The translations under genes and the position numbers were made by a program. Positions 49,901 to 62,300 of a DNA stretch of 64,000 bases are shown piece by piece. Below the pieces are notes generated by a model. It was not told the DNA's origin and searched no databases. It saw nothing but the letters and a program-made list of their open reading frames with translations. Within the stretch, counting starts at the first letter, position 1. Each line of letters opens with the position of its first letter. Source of the DNA: Felis catus (taxonomy: Eukaryota); the NCBI RefSeq assembly GCF_018350175.1, contig NC_058368.1, positions 146,632,001-146,696,000 on the forward strand, in the 5' to 3' direction.

Positions 49901-52178
49901 GAAAACCTCTCTGAAAATAGTGAGACAGCATCCAGCACGACCTTACTAGAAATTTTAAGGGACACCAGAACTGAAGGACCCTCTATGGCACCTCTCACTT
50001 TCTCCATAGATACTGAACATCCTCAGAGTCAGACTCACACTTGGGCAGAAGAAATCCAGACCAGTAGACCTCAACTGATGACTGAACAAGTCTCTAACGA
50101 GAATTCTTCAACAGCAGAAACAAAAGACACGGCAACCCCTCCCTCTGATTTTCTGGCTAGAACTTACAGTCTTCAAATGGCCAAAGGATTTGTTACATCA
50201 GCACCAAAACCATCTGACTTGCTTTATGAACATTCTGGAGAGGGATCTGGGGAATTGGATATGGTTGATTTAGTCCACACTTCTGGAACTACTCAGGCAA
50301 CCAGGCAAGGAAGCACCACATTTGTTTCTGATAGATCCCTGGAAAAACATCCTGCAGTTCCAAGTGCTAAAGCTGTTACTGTTAATGGATTCCCAACAGT
50401 TTCAATGTTGCTGCCTCTTCATTTAGAGCCGAATGAAAGCTCTCCTGATCCAACTAGCACAGTGTCAAACACAGTGTCATATGAGAGGTCCACAGAAGGT
50501 GCTGCAGATAGTTTCCAAGACCATTTCAGAGGATTTGAGGATTCCACCATAAAACCTAACAGAAGAAAAGCCACTGAAAACATTATTATAGATCTGGACA
50601 AAGAGGACAAGGATTTAATACTGACAATTACAGAGAGTACCATCCTTGAAATTCTCCCTGAGCTGACATCAGATAAAAATACTATCATAGATATAGATCA
50701 CACTAAACCTGTATATGAAGACATCCTTGGAATGCAAACAGACATAGATCCAGAGGCATTATCAGGACCACATGGCAGTAGTGAAGAAAGCATTCAAGTT
50801 CCAGAGAAGTATGAGGCGGCTGTTAACCTTTCTTTAACTGATGAAAACTTTGAGGGCTCTGGTGATATTCTTCTGGCTAACTACACTCAGACAACACATA
50901 ATGAATCAATGACTTCTGAAGACAGAAGCCACCTAGATCACATGGGCTTTCTCTTCACAACTCGGATCCCTGAAACAGAATTAGATATTTTGCTTCCCAC
51001 AGCGACATCTCTGACCATTCCTAGTACATCTGCCACAGTTAATCCAGAGACTGAAGAACCAAAAATTGAAGCAAAAGCCGTGGATGATATCTTTGAGTCG
51101 AGTACTTTGTCTGATGGTCAAGCTATTGCAGACCAAAGTGAGGTAATATCCACATTGAGCCATATGGAGACACAAGAGGAGTATGAAGAAAAGAAATACG
51201 TAGGTCCTTCTTTTCAGCCAGAATTCTCATCGGGAACCGAGGAGGCACTGATAGATCCTACACCCTATGTAAGTATCGGTACTATCCACCTCATGGCTCA
51301 GAGTTTAACAGAGGCATCTAATGTGATGGAAGGATCCAGTCCCTCAGATTACACTGATACCTCAGCACTTACCGCTTTTGCAAAGTTGTCCTCTCAGACA
51401 CCATCATCTCCACTTACTGTCTACTTAGGCAGTGGAGCCTCTGAACATGCAGAGGGCCCCCAGGCAAGCGCTCTGCCAGGCACAGATGTCGGCACATCTC
51501 CAATGTCTCCAGGAAAACTTGCAGATACTGAAGTGCCTTTCACATCATCGAGGGAGGAGTTCGTTCACATAACCGAGCCTCCATCTTTATCTTCTGACAC
51601 TGGATTAGAACCGTCAGAAGATGAAACTAATCACAAACTATTAGGACAAATGGAAGCTTCTCCCACAGAACTGATTGCTGAAGAAGGAACTGAGATTCTC
51701 CAAGATTCCCAAATCAAAACCAACACTCTGCTTTCTGGAGAAATGGTCAAGGTGTTTCCCAGTATTAGAACACCCGAGGCTGGGACTGTGGCCACAACTG
51801 CAGGTGAAATTAAGTTAGAAGGTGCTACACTGTGGCCACATTCTACTTCTGCTTCTGCAATGTATGAAGTTGAGGCAGACGTCGTGCCTCAGCCCAGCCC
51901 ACAGGTTTCTGAGAGGCCCACCATTTCTTCGTCTCTGGAAATAACCCCTGAAACACAAGCAGATTTGATCAGAGAGGAGGATCATACAGTAGCAACATCA
52001 GAACAGCAAGTATCAGCAAGAATTCTTGATTCCAATAATCAGGCAACAGTAAGCATTGCAGAGTTAAATACTGAGCTTGCAACACCATCATTTTCCCTTC
52101 TGGAAACTTCTAATGAAACCAGTTTCCTGATTGGCATTAATGAAGAGTCAGTGGAAGGCACAGCAGTCTATTTACCAG
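46962..52178 (+). CDS. VCAN: Versican exon 8, GAG-beta domain (alternatively spliced; V0/V1), 5217 nt
   Basis: Core of ORF 46949..52237. Starts GRMSDLSVIGHPIDSESKEDEPCSEE, has many (E/L)GSG chondroitin-sulfate-type sites, ends INEESVEGTAVYLP. Acceptor gtttttttcag|, donor CAG|GTAAGG; phase 1-1. Confidence 0.96.
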
Positions 52179-52904
52179 GTAAGGTTGCAACATTGATAAA
52201 TCTGTTTCCAAACTCGGAAACAGTCCCTTGGTCCTAACATGTATATATATGTATATAATTTTTATTGTGATATTAAATCAGTGAAGATTTTTATATTATT
52301 CACATAACACGAGGACAGGCCACAGTATTGAGTTCATAATTAGATGCAAAGAAAGTAAGTATATATTATTTCTGGGCTTTATAGATATTCTTTGTATTTT
52401 TCTGGGTTTTAGAAACAACATATAATTGTGACCTAGGAAATGTGAAATTGTTAATGGTGTAAAAATTTAATTTGGTTTTACTCATAACTAAAATATTGCC
52501 TTGTCACATGCCCTGTAGTTATACATCTTAGTTTAAAAACAGGAAAAAAAAATCTCATTTTTAAAAATCTCTCATTGATGGGTGCTATTATGGCGATATC
52601 AAAATCTGTCAGGCCTTTAAAATTTGAGAGTAGTAAATAACTCTAATAAACATTCACGTAGTTTGTGCAATATCAGTTATCAGTCCATACTTTCATATAA
52701 TTTCCTTGCTCCAGATAGTCTGCATAATGCTTCTTAACACAGTACCTCGCCAGAGTGGGTATATATTTACGCCCTGCCTGTCAAAAGAAGATTTCTATTT
52801 TTTTTTTACTGAATGGATAGAAAGCATGAATTTGATACTGGTTCAATAAACTCTCTCATTTGGTCTTCACAAAAATGCTGTATTATTATTATCATCATCC
52901 CTTT

Positions 52905-53055
52905 ATTATTATCATCCCTATTTAAATGCATGGGAAGAGGATGTTCAGAGAAGTTCTGTAATTGGCTCAGGGTTGCATAGCCACACATGCCATGGCATAG
53001 GTGGGATTTGAACCCAGGTCAACACCACCCCAAAGTCCATGGTCTTCTCATTGCT
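52905..53055 (-). mobile_element. MIR
   Basis: ttattatcatccc...ttcagagaagtt...gggatttgaacccaggtc...caaagtccatg. Confidence 0.7.
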
Positions 53056-55473
53056 CTTTGCTGGTTTCCTATTAATATAGTATAACAATGAATAATCAGT
53101 ATTTAATTATTTGTAAACCAGAAACCTTGGGATATTTACTTTGTAGAATTTATTTTCCTTTTAATCTAGCTTGATCATATTGAAAAGTCTGCTCTAATGG
53201 TATTTTCCAGTAATGTTATTTAAATAACTATGTTAGTGGAATCCACAAATGTCCATTACCACCTAGCCACTACCTAGAAAAAGGAAAAAAAAAATCAGTA
53301 TCTCAAGGGCTGTGTTGTTGAAAATATGTTGTATTTTAATGAATATGTTTTCCGGCATGGCTGTACTTAGAATTATTCTCCTGATCGTTTCAATGTTATC
53401 TTTTTGTACCTACCATGAATGCTTCAGCTTGTTGTGCTTCGGATAGAGTAAAATAATTGTAAAATGCAACTTTTATAAATGACTCAAAGTATTTTCTGAA
53501 GAAAACTAATCAAAGGTGGTTGATGGAATTTTTCACTGTCACTCTATATTTAGTCTGTAAATGATAACCTAGTAATCTGGCCAATATTTATTCTTTTGCA
53601 ATTTCGCTGCAAATACTTCAGGTTGGTGAAAATATAATACAGAAATCATTGGTAAATCACAGAGAGAGAATTCGGTTTGATAAATGAGTGAGAAATGTGT
53701 GCCAGTGATGCAGCCCACAATGTTTACCTAGAATTAGAGCCTGTGTCTTCACTGCAAAGCCAGTTGTCACTTCAGGCAAATTTGGTAAACAGCAGCGCAT
53801 AATGGATTGCCTGGTCCATCGGTTGCAGGTTCAACTTTCGAAGAGTAATACAAACTGTTTAGGGAAGAATAAAATTTGCCAAAACAAAACTTTTCTCCTA
53901 ATCCCAACTACTTTCAGTTCACAGAAAGCCCCCCGCTTTCTTGCCAAGTCCTTGTCCCATACTCTCAGCATGGTGTCTGGAGCCTGTGGTGGAAATAGTA
54001 ACAGAACTTCATAGGCGTGTGGCACGGCACAGTTTTAGCAAGCGCTGTCGCATAAGTGTCACTCTGGTTTTGCACTGAGGGCAGCACGTAGAAGTGTTGT
54101 TGACAGCATCCTTGACCTACAAGCAGTGTACTTTCCGAGGCAGAAGGCTAAAATGGCTAGGGAGATTTTACACATTTTTAGAACTATAGGAGAAAGAGTC
54201 TTAGAATAATTGGGGTCGTTTTTGGAGAAGTAGGTGTAAACATCTGATTATAATGTTGAACCCCCCAGAGGCGAGTGTACTATCTGTCAAGTCTTTCTCA
54301 TAGCCTGGGATTTACTTCACACTCAGAAAGTTTGAGTTTGACGTTCTCATATGGAAAGGCTCAGTTGTCTTCCACAGCAGTGCTCGCTTATTCAAATATT
54401 CCTAACTTTATGTTTCATGACGAGACATCTTTTTTCATGTGTAATTATTTCAGGGTTTCGGGACTCAAGATTCTTGAAAATACAGTTTTTCGTCCAAATG
54501 CATCCTATTTCAATTATTTTGTAGAACTTTCAACTCTTATCTGTATTTTTGTACATTTTGAAACATAGGGGATCCTGAAAAAGTATTCAAGTAATAAACA
54601 TAAATGATTCATGTAAATGCAATTATCCAAGCAATATTACAGAAGAATATATGTGGTCAAACTATGTAAAAGTATTTGCATTTAGAAAGCATATTTTAAA
54701 GGTTTTTCTTCTCAGAAATTTGTGTCTGTCACCTTTACATTTATCTTCTAGGAGTGTCAATGTTATTTGTGTTTTAATAAGAAAACTGTAATAAAACTTT
54801 GGGGTTTCAAAAAATTGGGGGTTTCATTTTAGGTGAGGTGTTTGTCTTTGGGTTTGTTTTTGTACAGTAGAGTTTAATTTATGTGTTGCTTTTCTTCAAG
54901 TATAGTTTAAAGGAGTACATTTGGAACGTGTTTTTGGAAAAAGCATATTAATGTAGCAGAAGAGACTTCAGTGCACACTTTCGAAGAAAAACAGTTTCTG
55001 AGCATTAAGTGGTAAAAGGCAATAATAATTCAAATGATGATAACCAGCCAAACTGCTAAAAAGAATGCATGTTCTGTGTATCCAGCCATTTCACATGAAC
55101 TAACCTCGTTTAAAAGAATACATTTTCCATTCACTGTGCACATATGTGTAATCATTTTTGACTAAAATCAATTGCCATTATCATGCCGACTAAATCTGCA
55201 GTAGAATATGTTAGTTGCCAGATACTGTACAAAATATTGTTTAAAAATAATGATGACTGAATCCCAGAAATGAATAGATGCAATTTGTAACAATTAGTTA
55301 TAATGCCAAGAAACACTCCAGAGAGTAAAGTTAATGCTAATTTTTGTGTGTAGTATCTAAATTGCTATGGTAAAGCTTATATTTATGGTAGCAATAAGTG
55401 GCAATTTATGCTGAAATACACTGAAACTTGGATATGAGCCTAACTGCTTTTCTTACTTTCCTGAACATGGTAG

Positions 55474-55587
55474 GACCTGATCGTTGCAAAACGAACCCGT
55501 GCCTTAATGGAGGCACCTGTTATCCTACTGAAACTTCCTATGTATGCACCTGTGTGCCAGGATTCAGTGGCGACCAGTGTGAACTGG
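55474..55587 (+). CDS. VCAN: Versican exon 9, EGF-like domain 1, 114 nt
   Basis: [38 protein letters not shown], six-Cys EGF pattern. Acceptor catggtag|, donor G|GTAAGA. Confidence 0.95.
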
Positions 55588-55969
55588 GTAAGATGTCCTT
55601 GCCTGAAAGAGTGTGATGCTTTTCCAGAAGATATATTGGGGCAGAATTTATATTGCTCCAAGGATTTCATAAAAAACCCGTTTGTGGATGAATTATTTGT
55701 TAAATGATGTTAAAATCATAGAGTAATTCAAGTAGAGTCTGGGAAATGGGGACAGGTGTTTACGGAATTTTGTTAATATACCCAAAACTCAGTGAAGCTA
55801 CCTGAGGTGATTTGTGTCTTTTTATAGTTTTTGTAGGTAGGCTTTACAAATGGAAAGTTGCATAAATAGTAAGGAAATACTTTAATCTGTTTCCCTCAGT
55901 TGACATATCAATAATCAATTTAAATACAAAATAACTTTAGAAAGCTGCATTTAAAAATTAGGGAGTTTT

Positions 55970-56155
55970 GGGGTGGCTGGGTGGCTCAACCAGCCGAGCG
56001 TCCAACTTTGGCTCAGGTCATGATCTCATGGTTTTTGAGATCAAGCCCGCATCGGGTTTTCTGCTGTCAGTGTGGAGCCTGCTTCGGATCCTCTGTCCCC
56101 CTCTCTCTCTGCCCATCCCTTGCTTGCACTCTTTCTCAAAAATAAATAAGCATTA
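55970..56155 (+). mobile_element. CanSINE (SINEC)
   Basis: TSD aaaaattaggg(a/g)gttt. Confidence 0.88.
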
Positions 56156-56579
56156 AAAAATTAGGGGGTTTAGCTTTTGTGTTTTGAGCTAACTCGTTCC
56201 TCTGGGGTGGAATTGGCCCTGGTCTCCAGAGGCTAGCCTAACCCACCTGTACCTCAAGAAGTTGTGAAGTTTCTGTCCTCCTCTTTTTTGGGTTTCAAGA
56301 AGTATATTGTCTCTTTACTAAATCAGTTCCTTTCACTGTCATTCTTATTTTGGTTTCCTTTTCTTTAAAAAAAAAAGACTCCAGTTCTGATTTGACTAAA
56401 TATAGACCTTTCCTCTGAGAAAAGAGATGATGGAATACATTGGATAGGTGATCCTTTTAGAGGTACCGTAAAGATTTTTTCATACAATTGAGTAAAGAAA
56501 GCCCATGATAACACTTTAGATTACACAAAAATACTGAGATAAAATTCTCAACACTCATTTTAAAAGAGTGCTTGTCTTG

Positions 56580-56658
56580 TGAAGTTTTCTTTAATGTTTA
56601 TTCACTTATTTTTGAGAGAGACAGAGAGAGAGAGACAGAGTACAAACGGAGGAGGGGC

Positions 56659-56689
<31 letters not shown>

Positions 56690-56817
56690 TTCTGAAGCAG
56701 ACTCCAGGCTCTGAGCTGTCAGAACAGACCCCAGCACAGGACTTGAAACCACGAACCATGAGACCATGACCTTAGCCAAAGTTGGACGCTTAACCAACTG
56801 AGCCACCCAGGCACCCC
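56580..56817 (-). mobile_element. CanSINE (SINEC)
   Basis: TSD aagagtgctt(g/a)tctt; expanded (GA)n. Confidence 0.92.
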
Positions 56818-56974
56818 AAGAGTGCTTATCTTTAAAAAAAAAAAGTCAATAGAGCTGGTAAGCTCTATTTCTGTGTTAATTAGTAGGGGTGTAGAGGTAG
56901 CAATAGAATGCATTTAAGGAATAACTAACATCTTAAATGTCATATTTACATATATGTGTATAAAAGCATCTATT

Positions 56975-57090
56975 TGGCTCCCATAATAGTTTAGTGAGTT
57001 AATATATGTGAAGCTATTAGAACAGTGGCTGGTACTTAGCAAGCATCATAAAAGTGTTTGATATCACTACTATATGATATCATCATTACT
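56975..57090 (+). mobile_element. MIR 3' part
   Basis: tgagttaatatatgtgaagc...tagaacagtggctggtacttag. Confidence 0.6.
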
Positions 57091-57521
57091 GAGGCCATTT
57101 CTTTAGGTACCAATACATTATATACCTCTTGGAAATTTAATTTACTTTGTATATTTATATAGTTTAATACTCTTTTATTTAATATAAACATTAATTAAAT
57201 CTTTAGTGGAATTGGAAAATGGTATGGGAATAAAGCATTAATTTCATCAGAGATCATACGGGTCTGGGTAGAAAAGTTGCATTTAGTATTGCATTTAAAG
57301 TTAGGAGGATTTTGATGGCTGGTGTGGGAGACACAGACACAGCAAACATAAGTACAGACACCGCAAACTGCAGAATGCATTTGAATGACTGCGAGTATTG
57401 ATGTAGGCCTATTTATGGGTTTGTGGGAGAGAAACGTATTAGAAGAAAATACTTGAAAGGAGGTTAGATCTGGATACATCTGAGAAGATTCTCAATCCAA
57501 GAGATTGCTTCCTATTCTAGT

Positions 57522-57694
57522 AGAGTGATTCTTAGACTTTAGCATCATCAAAATCATGTGGGGGACTTCTACAACACCAATCATTGGTGTTCCCATCCCC
57601 CACAGGGTCTGATTCTGTAGGTCTGGGGTGGGCCTGGGAATCTGCATCTCTAACATTCTCAGTTGATGCTGATGCTGCTGGTTCAGGGACTACA
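57522..57694. mobile_element. MER5A-type hAT MITE (truncated)
   Basis: tctgattctgtaggtctggggtgggcctgggaatctgcat...tgatgctgatgctgctggt is the typical MER5A core. Confidence 0.8.
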
Positions 57695-57997
57695 GGTAGA
57701 AGATCTCTGCCCTGGGTGGTTGGCATCTATGGAAGGTTTGGAAGCCAAAGAGTAAATTATCATGACTGCTTTTGAAGGAGATGACAATCAGAATGAAGGA
57801 TGTACTGGAAAGGAAAAGGCCCAGAGGCGGTAAGGCCAGTTACATATTTTTAGTATTCTACAGGTGAGGTAATCAAAGCAGGAGCCAGGACTGAGTGTGG
57901 GAAGCCCATACAATTCTTTATCAGTTTCAGCATTCATGTGACTCATCTAAAAGCAATGGAGACAATGACCCTCTTATGAATGACTTTGAAATTTGCC

Positions 57998-58190
57998 TCG
58001 AGTTGCCAGATTTGGCAAATGAAACGCAGGAAGGTCTGTTAAATTTTAATTTCAGATAAAAAAAGAAAAGAATAAATTTTTATTGTAGGTAGGCCCTAAA
58101 TATAGCATGGGGCGTATTTATACTTAAAATTATTATTAAATCTGAAATTAAGATTTAATTGGCTGTTCTGTTCTTTATCTGGCAACCTTA
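57998..58190. mobile_element. MER53 palindromic hAT MITE
   Basis: Ends gttgccagat / atctggcaac; internal arms ttaaattttaatttcagat / atctgaaattaagatttaa; ~193 bp. Confidence 0.85.
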
Positions 58191-58255
58191 TACTAAATGG
58201 GATCCTTTGACCTTTTCTGAAAATACTTTTTTGGCCTTTTATGATTTTATTTCAG

Positions 58256-58369
58256 ATTTTGATGAATGTCACTCTAACCCCTGTCGCAATGGAGCCACAT
58301 GTGTTGATGGTTTTAATACATTCAGGTGCCTCTGCCTTCCAAGCTATGTTGGTGCACTTTGTGAACAAG
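58256..58369 (+). CDS. VCAN: Versican exon 10, calcium-binding EGF-like domain 2, 114 nt
   Basis: [38 protein letters not shown]. Acceptor ttttatttcag|, donor AAG|GTAAGA. Confidence 0.95.
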
Positions 58370-59566
58370 GTAAGAGCTGTTGCAACATTTGGAGGATGAA
58401 AATTATTGATATTTCATTTCCAATGTTACTTCTAGACAGCTTTTTGTCATAATTATTTGGGTGTTTTTAGCAATGTTGGCTATATGGCATATTTTTTCCT
58501 GCAGGGGAAATTCACAGGTCACCTAACTATGTTAGGTTTCCTTATGTGTCTGTCCGTAGCTCACAACACCTGAAAAACAGTGTAGACTCGGTCACTGATG
58601 TTTTGTTGATAAAATAGAATTGCAGACAGGAACACTTAGCTGAATTTCAGAACATCTAGCCAACAAAAGGAGCGTTGTTGTAAGTATTCTTCCTGAGGAC
58701 AAACTAGGCATTGACCTTAATCCATCTTTGTGGCTTGTACCAAGGAGTATGGAATTCAATATTGGTTGCCTTTATTTTCTTCTCCTAAGCACTTGAAGGT
58801 CAATGGGCTTATTCTTCATAGGTAATCACCTCTGGAGAATGAATTGTTATAGTTGTAGAATACATTAGCTTTGGCTTGGCAAACATTATGTAAAAGGTAT
58901 TATAAATCTGCTCAACCCGGAGTTTTCTTACTAAAGAAGCATCTACTTTTTCTGAATGAAACAAAGGCCTATGTTCAGGATTGCTTGAATCTCATGATCC
59001 CTATAATTTGTATTTTATGGCCAACCTGAGAGTGTATTTTAGGTGGTTAATGGTAACATTTCTTAGTCATCAATCAGAAACACATTGCATCCTCAGCTTT
59101 GAAATGTCTATTTCCTTTACTTAAAGTCATACAGTGGTTTGGCTTTGAACAAAGTGCCTAGTGCCAAACTTCTGTTACACCAGACAGAACGAAAATGTAT
59201 TAGACGCTCAGACACGTTGGTCTGGCCCCACATTCTGCTTTGCAATGTTAATCCAGACGTCACCACAGTTAGAACAAAACTGAAAGCAGCATGTATTGAA
59301 TTGCCGAAGAGGATGGGTGATGGCTCCATTTTTAGGTGTTTTTTTTTTTCTTTCTCTCTATTGCATAGGATGAATCTGTTTTAAAATTTGAAAGGTAAAT
59401 ATGCAAACTGACTAAGCAAGATCCTTTTCTTAAAGAAAACATTACTGTTTTCTTCAAAAAGATACCATTTTTTGAAGAAAACAAAAGTGTGAGATATGTG
59501 AAACATCAGCTATCTTAAAATGATTCTGGCTTCCCTTAGTTCAAGTCCAAGGAGCAACTCAAAAAA

Positions 59567-59697
59567 TCATTCATTCAACAAATGTTTACTGAGCACCTAC
59601 TATCTTCCAAGTTCTGTCCTGGGCACTGGAAGTAGAACTTTGAGCAAAACAGACAAGGTCCCCAATCTTGGTGACTCAGTATAATTCTTGGCAGGGA
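59567..59697 (-). mobile_element. L2 3' end
   Basis: tcattcattcaacaaatgtttactgagcacctactat...aaaacagacaaggtccc. Confidence 0.8.
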
Positions 59698-59712
59698 ATA
59701 AAAAGAGATGTT

Positions 59713-59885
59713 ATTTGTTGAATGCCTTGTAGTTTACCAGATGTTTCCAGGTACATCATTTTGTTTAGTTGACAGTATTTCTTTGTGGGAAGCGGGCCAG
59801 AAATTGAGGCTCAGAAAGGAAAAGTGATGTGTTCAAGGTCACACAACTAGTAAATTAGAGAGTGGGGAAAATGAACCTAGGCTGC
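59713..59885 (-). mobile_element. MIR
   Basis: gaaattgaggctcagaaagg...caaggtcacacaactagtaa core. Confidence 0.75.
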
Positions 59886-61016
59886 TTTATAAAGCCCAGA
59901 TTTTTCTTGATATCTTCACACTTCAAAAGTAACTCTTATGGATAAGCATTTTATTTATGTCTATCTTAAAAAGGTTTTGCTTTTTTTTTTTCTCATTTCT
60001 GGTGCCACTAGCTTTCGGGTACATTCTATTTTGTCTTAAAGCAAGTGTACTTTCATCCACATCATTTGCTGAGAAACAGCTATCCCAGTCTGTTTACCCG
60101 ATTGCAGCTGTGCTCCTGTGATTTATTGCCAGGACACTGAAAGATTTTTTTCTCCTCTTTTCAGGTTGCCTAAGAACAAATATTTTTTTCATTAACAGCA
60201 GCGTTGTTGTCTAAACAGTTTTCTATCCAAATTTTAGTGATGACTATGTTGTTTCTTCAGCTGACCCTTTCTTCTCTGCATTAGTAACTTCCCAAGTCCC
60301 AGTAACTCTGGAATAGGGGAAATGTTTTGGTAGAGTGATAATGGAAATAAAATTCTAGAAGGGGATCTTACAACAATATGGAAACAATTCTGTACACACA
60401 GATTGCCCCACACTAAAGTCATTGATACAGCTTGCCAGCAAGAAGTGCCTAAATGTTAACAGTTTCTTAAGGCTTGACAGCTATATGTCACAGATGTTGA
60501 AAATGTTACCTACATGACATAAAGAGAATACATTTTTAGTAAAATTGCTCTAAAGTGATAGTCTTGGCTCCTGTAGCCATGAACCAGAATTATCGTACCC
60601 TTCCTTACCTACCATAGCCAGCACACCCAGGCAAAACTGAATCTGGGTCTTCATCATGTAATCTATGAGTTATAGTAGTTTTAAAGCATAAGAAGAATTT
60701 CTATATGTATGATTTTTAAGAAAATATCATCCAAATGTGTTTCTTTTAATAAATGAAATGTGTATCGTGTTATTTTTAGATGAGATTGGAAGAACAAACG
60801 GGCTGCTTCCAATAACCCCCTATCAGAACAGCATCCTTAGGAGATGCTCTTTGACACCTAGTCCTTCCTTACATATTTATTGAATGCATAAATAAAAGTT
60901 ATGTAAATCCATATCGACATTTGATTTTTTTTCAATAAAAAGTTTATTGAGTGGCATTTGCACATATATTCACAATCATCAGGATTGTAAATCTATGGTT
61001 TCAATAGTACAGATGA

Positions 61017-61236
61017 GGGGCGCCTGGGTGGCTCAGTCAGTTAAGCGGCCAACTTCGGCTCAGGTCATGATCTCGCGGTCTGTGGGTTCAGGCCCCGCGT
61101 CGGGCTCTGTGCTGACAGCTCAGAGCCTGGAGCCTGTTTCAGATTCTGTGTCTTCCTCTTTCTCTGACCCTCCCCTGTTCATGCTCTCTCTCTCTGTCTC
61201 TCAAAAATAAATAAATGTAAAAAAAAATTAAAAAAA
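61017..61236 (+). mobile_element. CanSINE (SINEC_Fc-type)
   Basis: TSD aatagtacagatga at 61003 and 61237. Confidence 0.93.
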
Positions 61237-62124
61237 AATAGTACAGATGAATAAATGAATACGTACATACATATATATGTACATAAACAAACATACAAAC
61301 AAACTTCCAGTTTGGACCTGGGTTCTGATAGAAATATACTCACCTGTTAACTGAGAAAGGTGTTGTAGCAATGATGTGGTTGTGCATCTAAATTTTATGA
61401 TCATTTAGGATTTTTGGTATAAGGGAAAACATATGTAACGATAACCTATTTTAATGATAAAAGACAAAGAAAGAAAACTGGACTAAAGCCATTGGGTTAA
61501 TAGAGGATATGAGTGTGTAGAAGAATTGTTTTAAACTTCCCATTCAATAAGTTAAGGATTCTCTAGAATTTTAAGCTGTCTTAAATAAATATTAATTCCC
61601 ATGGTTAAGGAAAGCTATGCTTTTATAATATCACATTATTGACTTTGGCAGTAAGAGTTTTCTAAAATTCTTTCCAATTGTTCTCCCCTATAAACTAACT
61701 CCCTCTTATATGAAGATTCGTTTCCTCCCCACCCCTCCTGCCTCACCTCTAAATTCTTCCACGTGAATATTGCAAAAGGAAAATTGCTACGTCCAAGTAG
61801 CCAAATTACATTTCATTCTTCGGGGCTGAATGCTACTTTTATACCAAACCATCTAACTGTGTCTCTAGTCCTTTCCTATGAGATTTGGTGGTCTCCAAAC
61901 AACACTTGAATAAAACTTAAAACCTCCAGTGCACGTTATTTAAACCAATTAGTCAGCTGGCTGTAACTAACAAGACTGGATAGACTAAACTGAAATACAG
62001 ACTGCTCCCAGAGATGAGCTGCATCTGTTGGATGACTATCGTCTAAATCCCTGGAGCCAAGAAAACATTAAAATCTCTCAGAATTCATCCTTTCCCACAA
62101 TTATAGAAAGGGGAATAAATGGTG

Positions 62125-62300
62125 TGAGAGTCAGGAGACAATTTGACTATCAATTTGGCCACTAAGCCTGACCTATAAAGCAAACATTGATTTCATCTAG
62201 TAGGATTTTGTTTCCTTCATCAACTAGTAAGATTAGGGGATGGGGGGGATGGGTTAATAGGTAATGTGGGAAGTTTTCCTGGTACCTAAAATTCCATAAA
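62125..62300 (+). mobile_element. Probable MIR3 relic
   Basis: gagtcaggagac...gccactaa...gtttccttcatc...ctaaaattccat. Confidence 0.4.

Noticed and set aside
25632..51175. Antisense and alternative-frame ORFs within exons 7 and 8 (up to 139 aa)
   Set aside because: Expected shadows of long Ser/Thr/Glu-rich coding sequence; no independent domain or splice support.
25624..52237. The 1047-aa and 1762-aa ORFs as stand-alone genes
   Set aside because: They are internal VCAN exons. Their ORF ends are intronic read-through beyond clear splice sites.
2213..61210. Recurring short ORFs such as MAQSVKRPTSAQVMIS... and GQRETEHERGRGRERG...
   Set aside because: They are translations of CanSINE copies, not a gene family.
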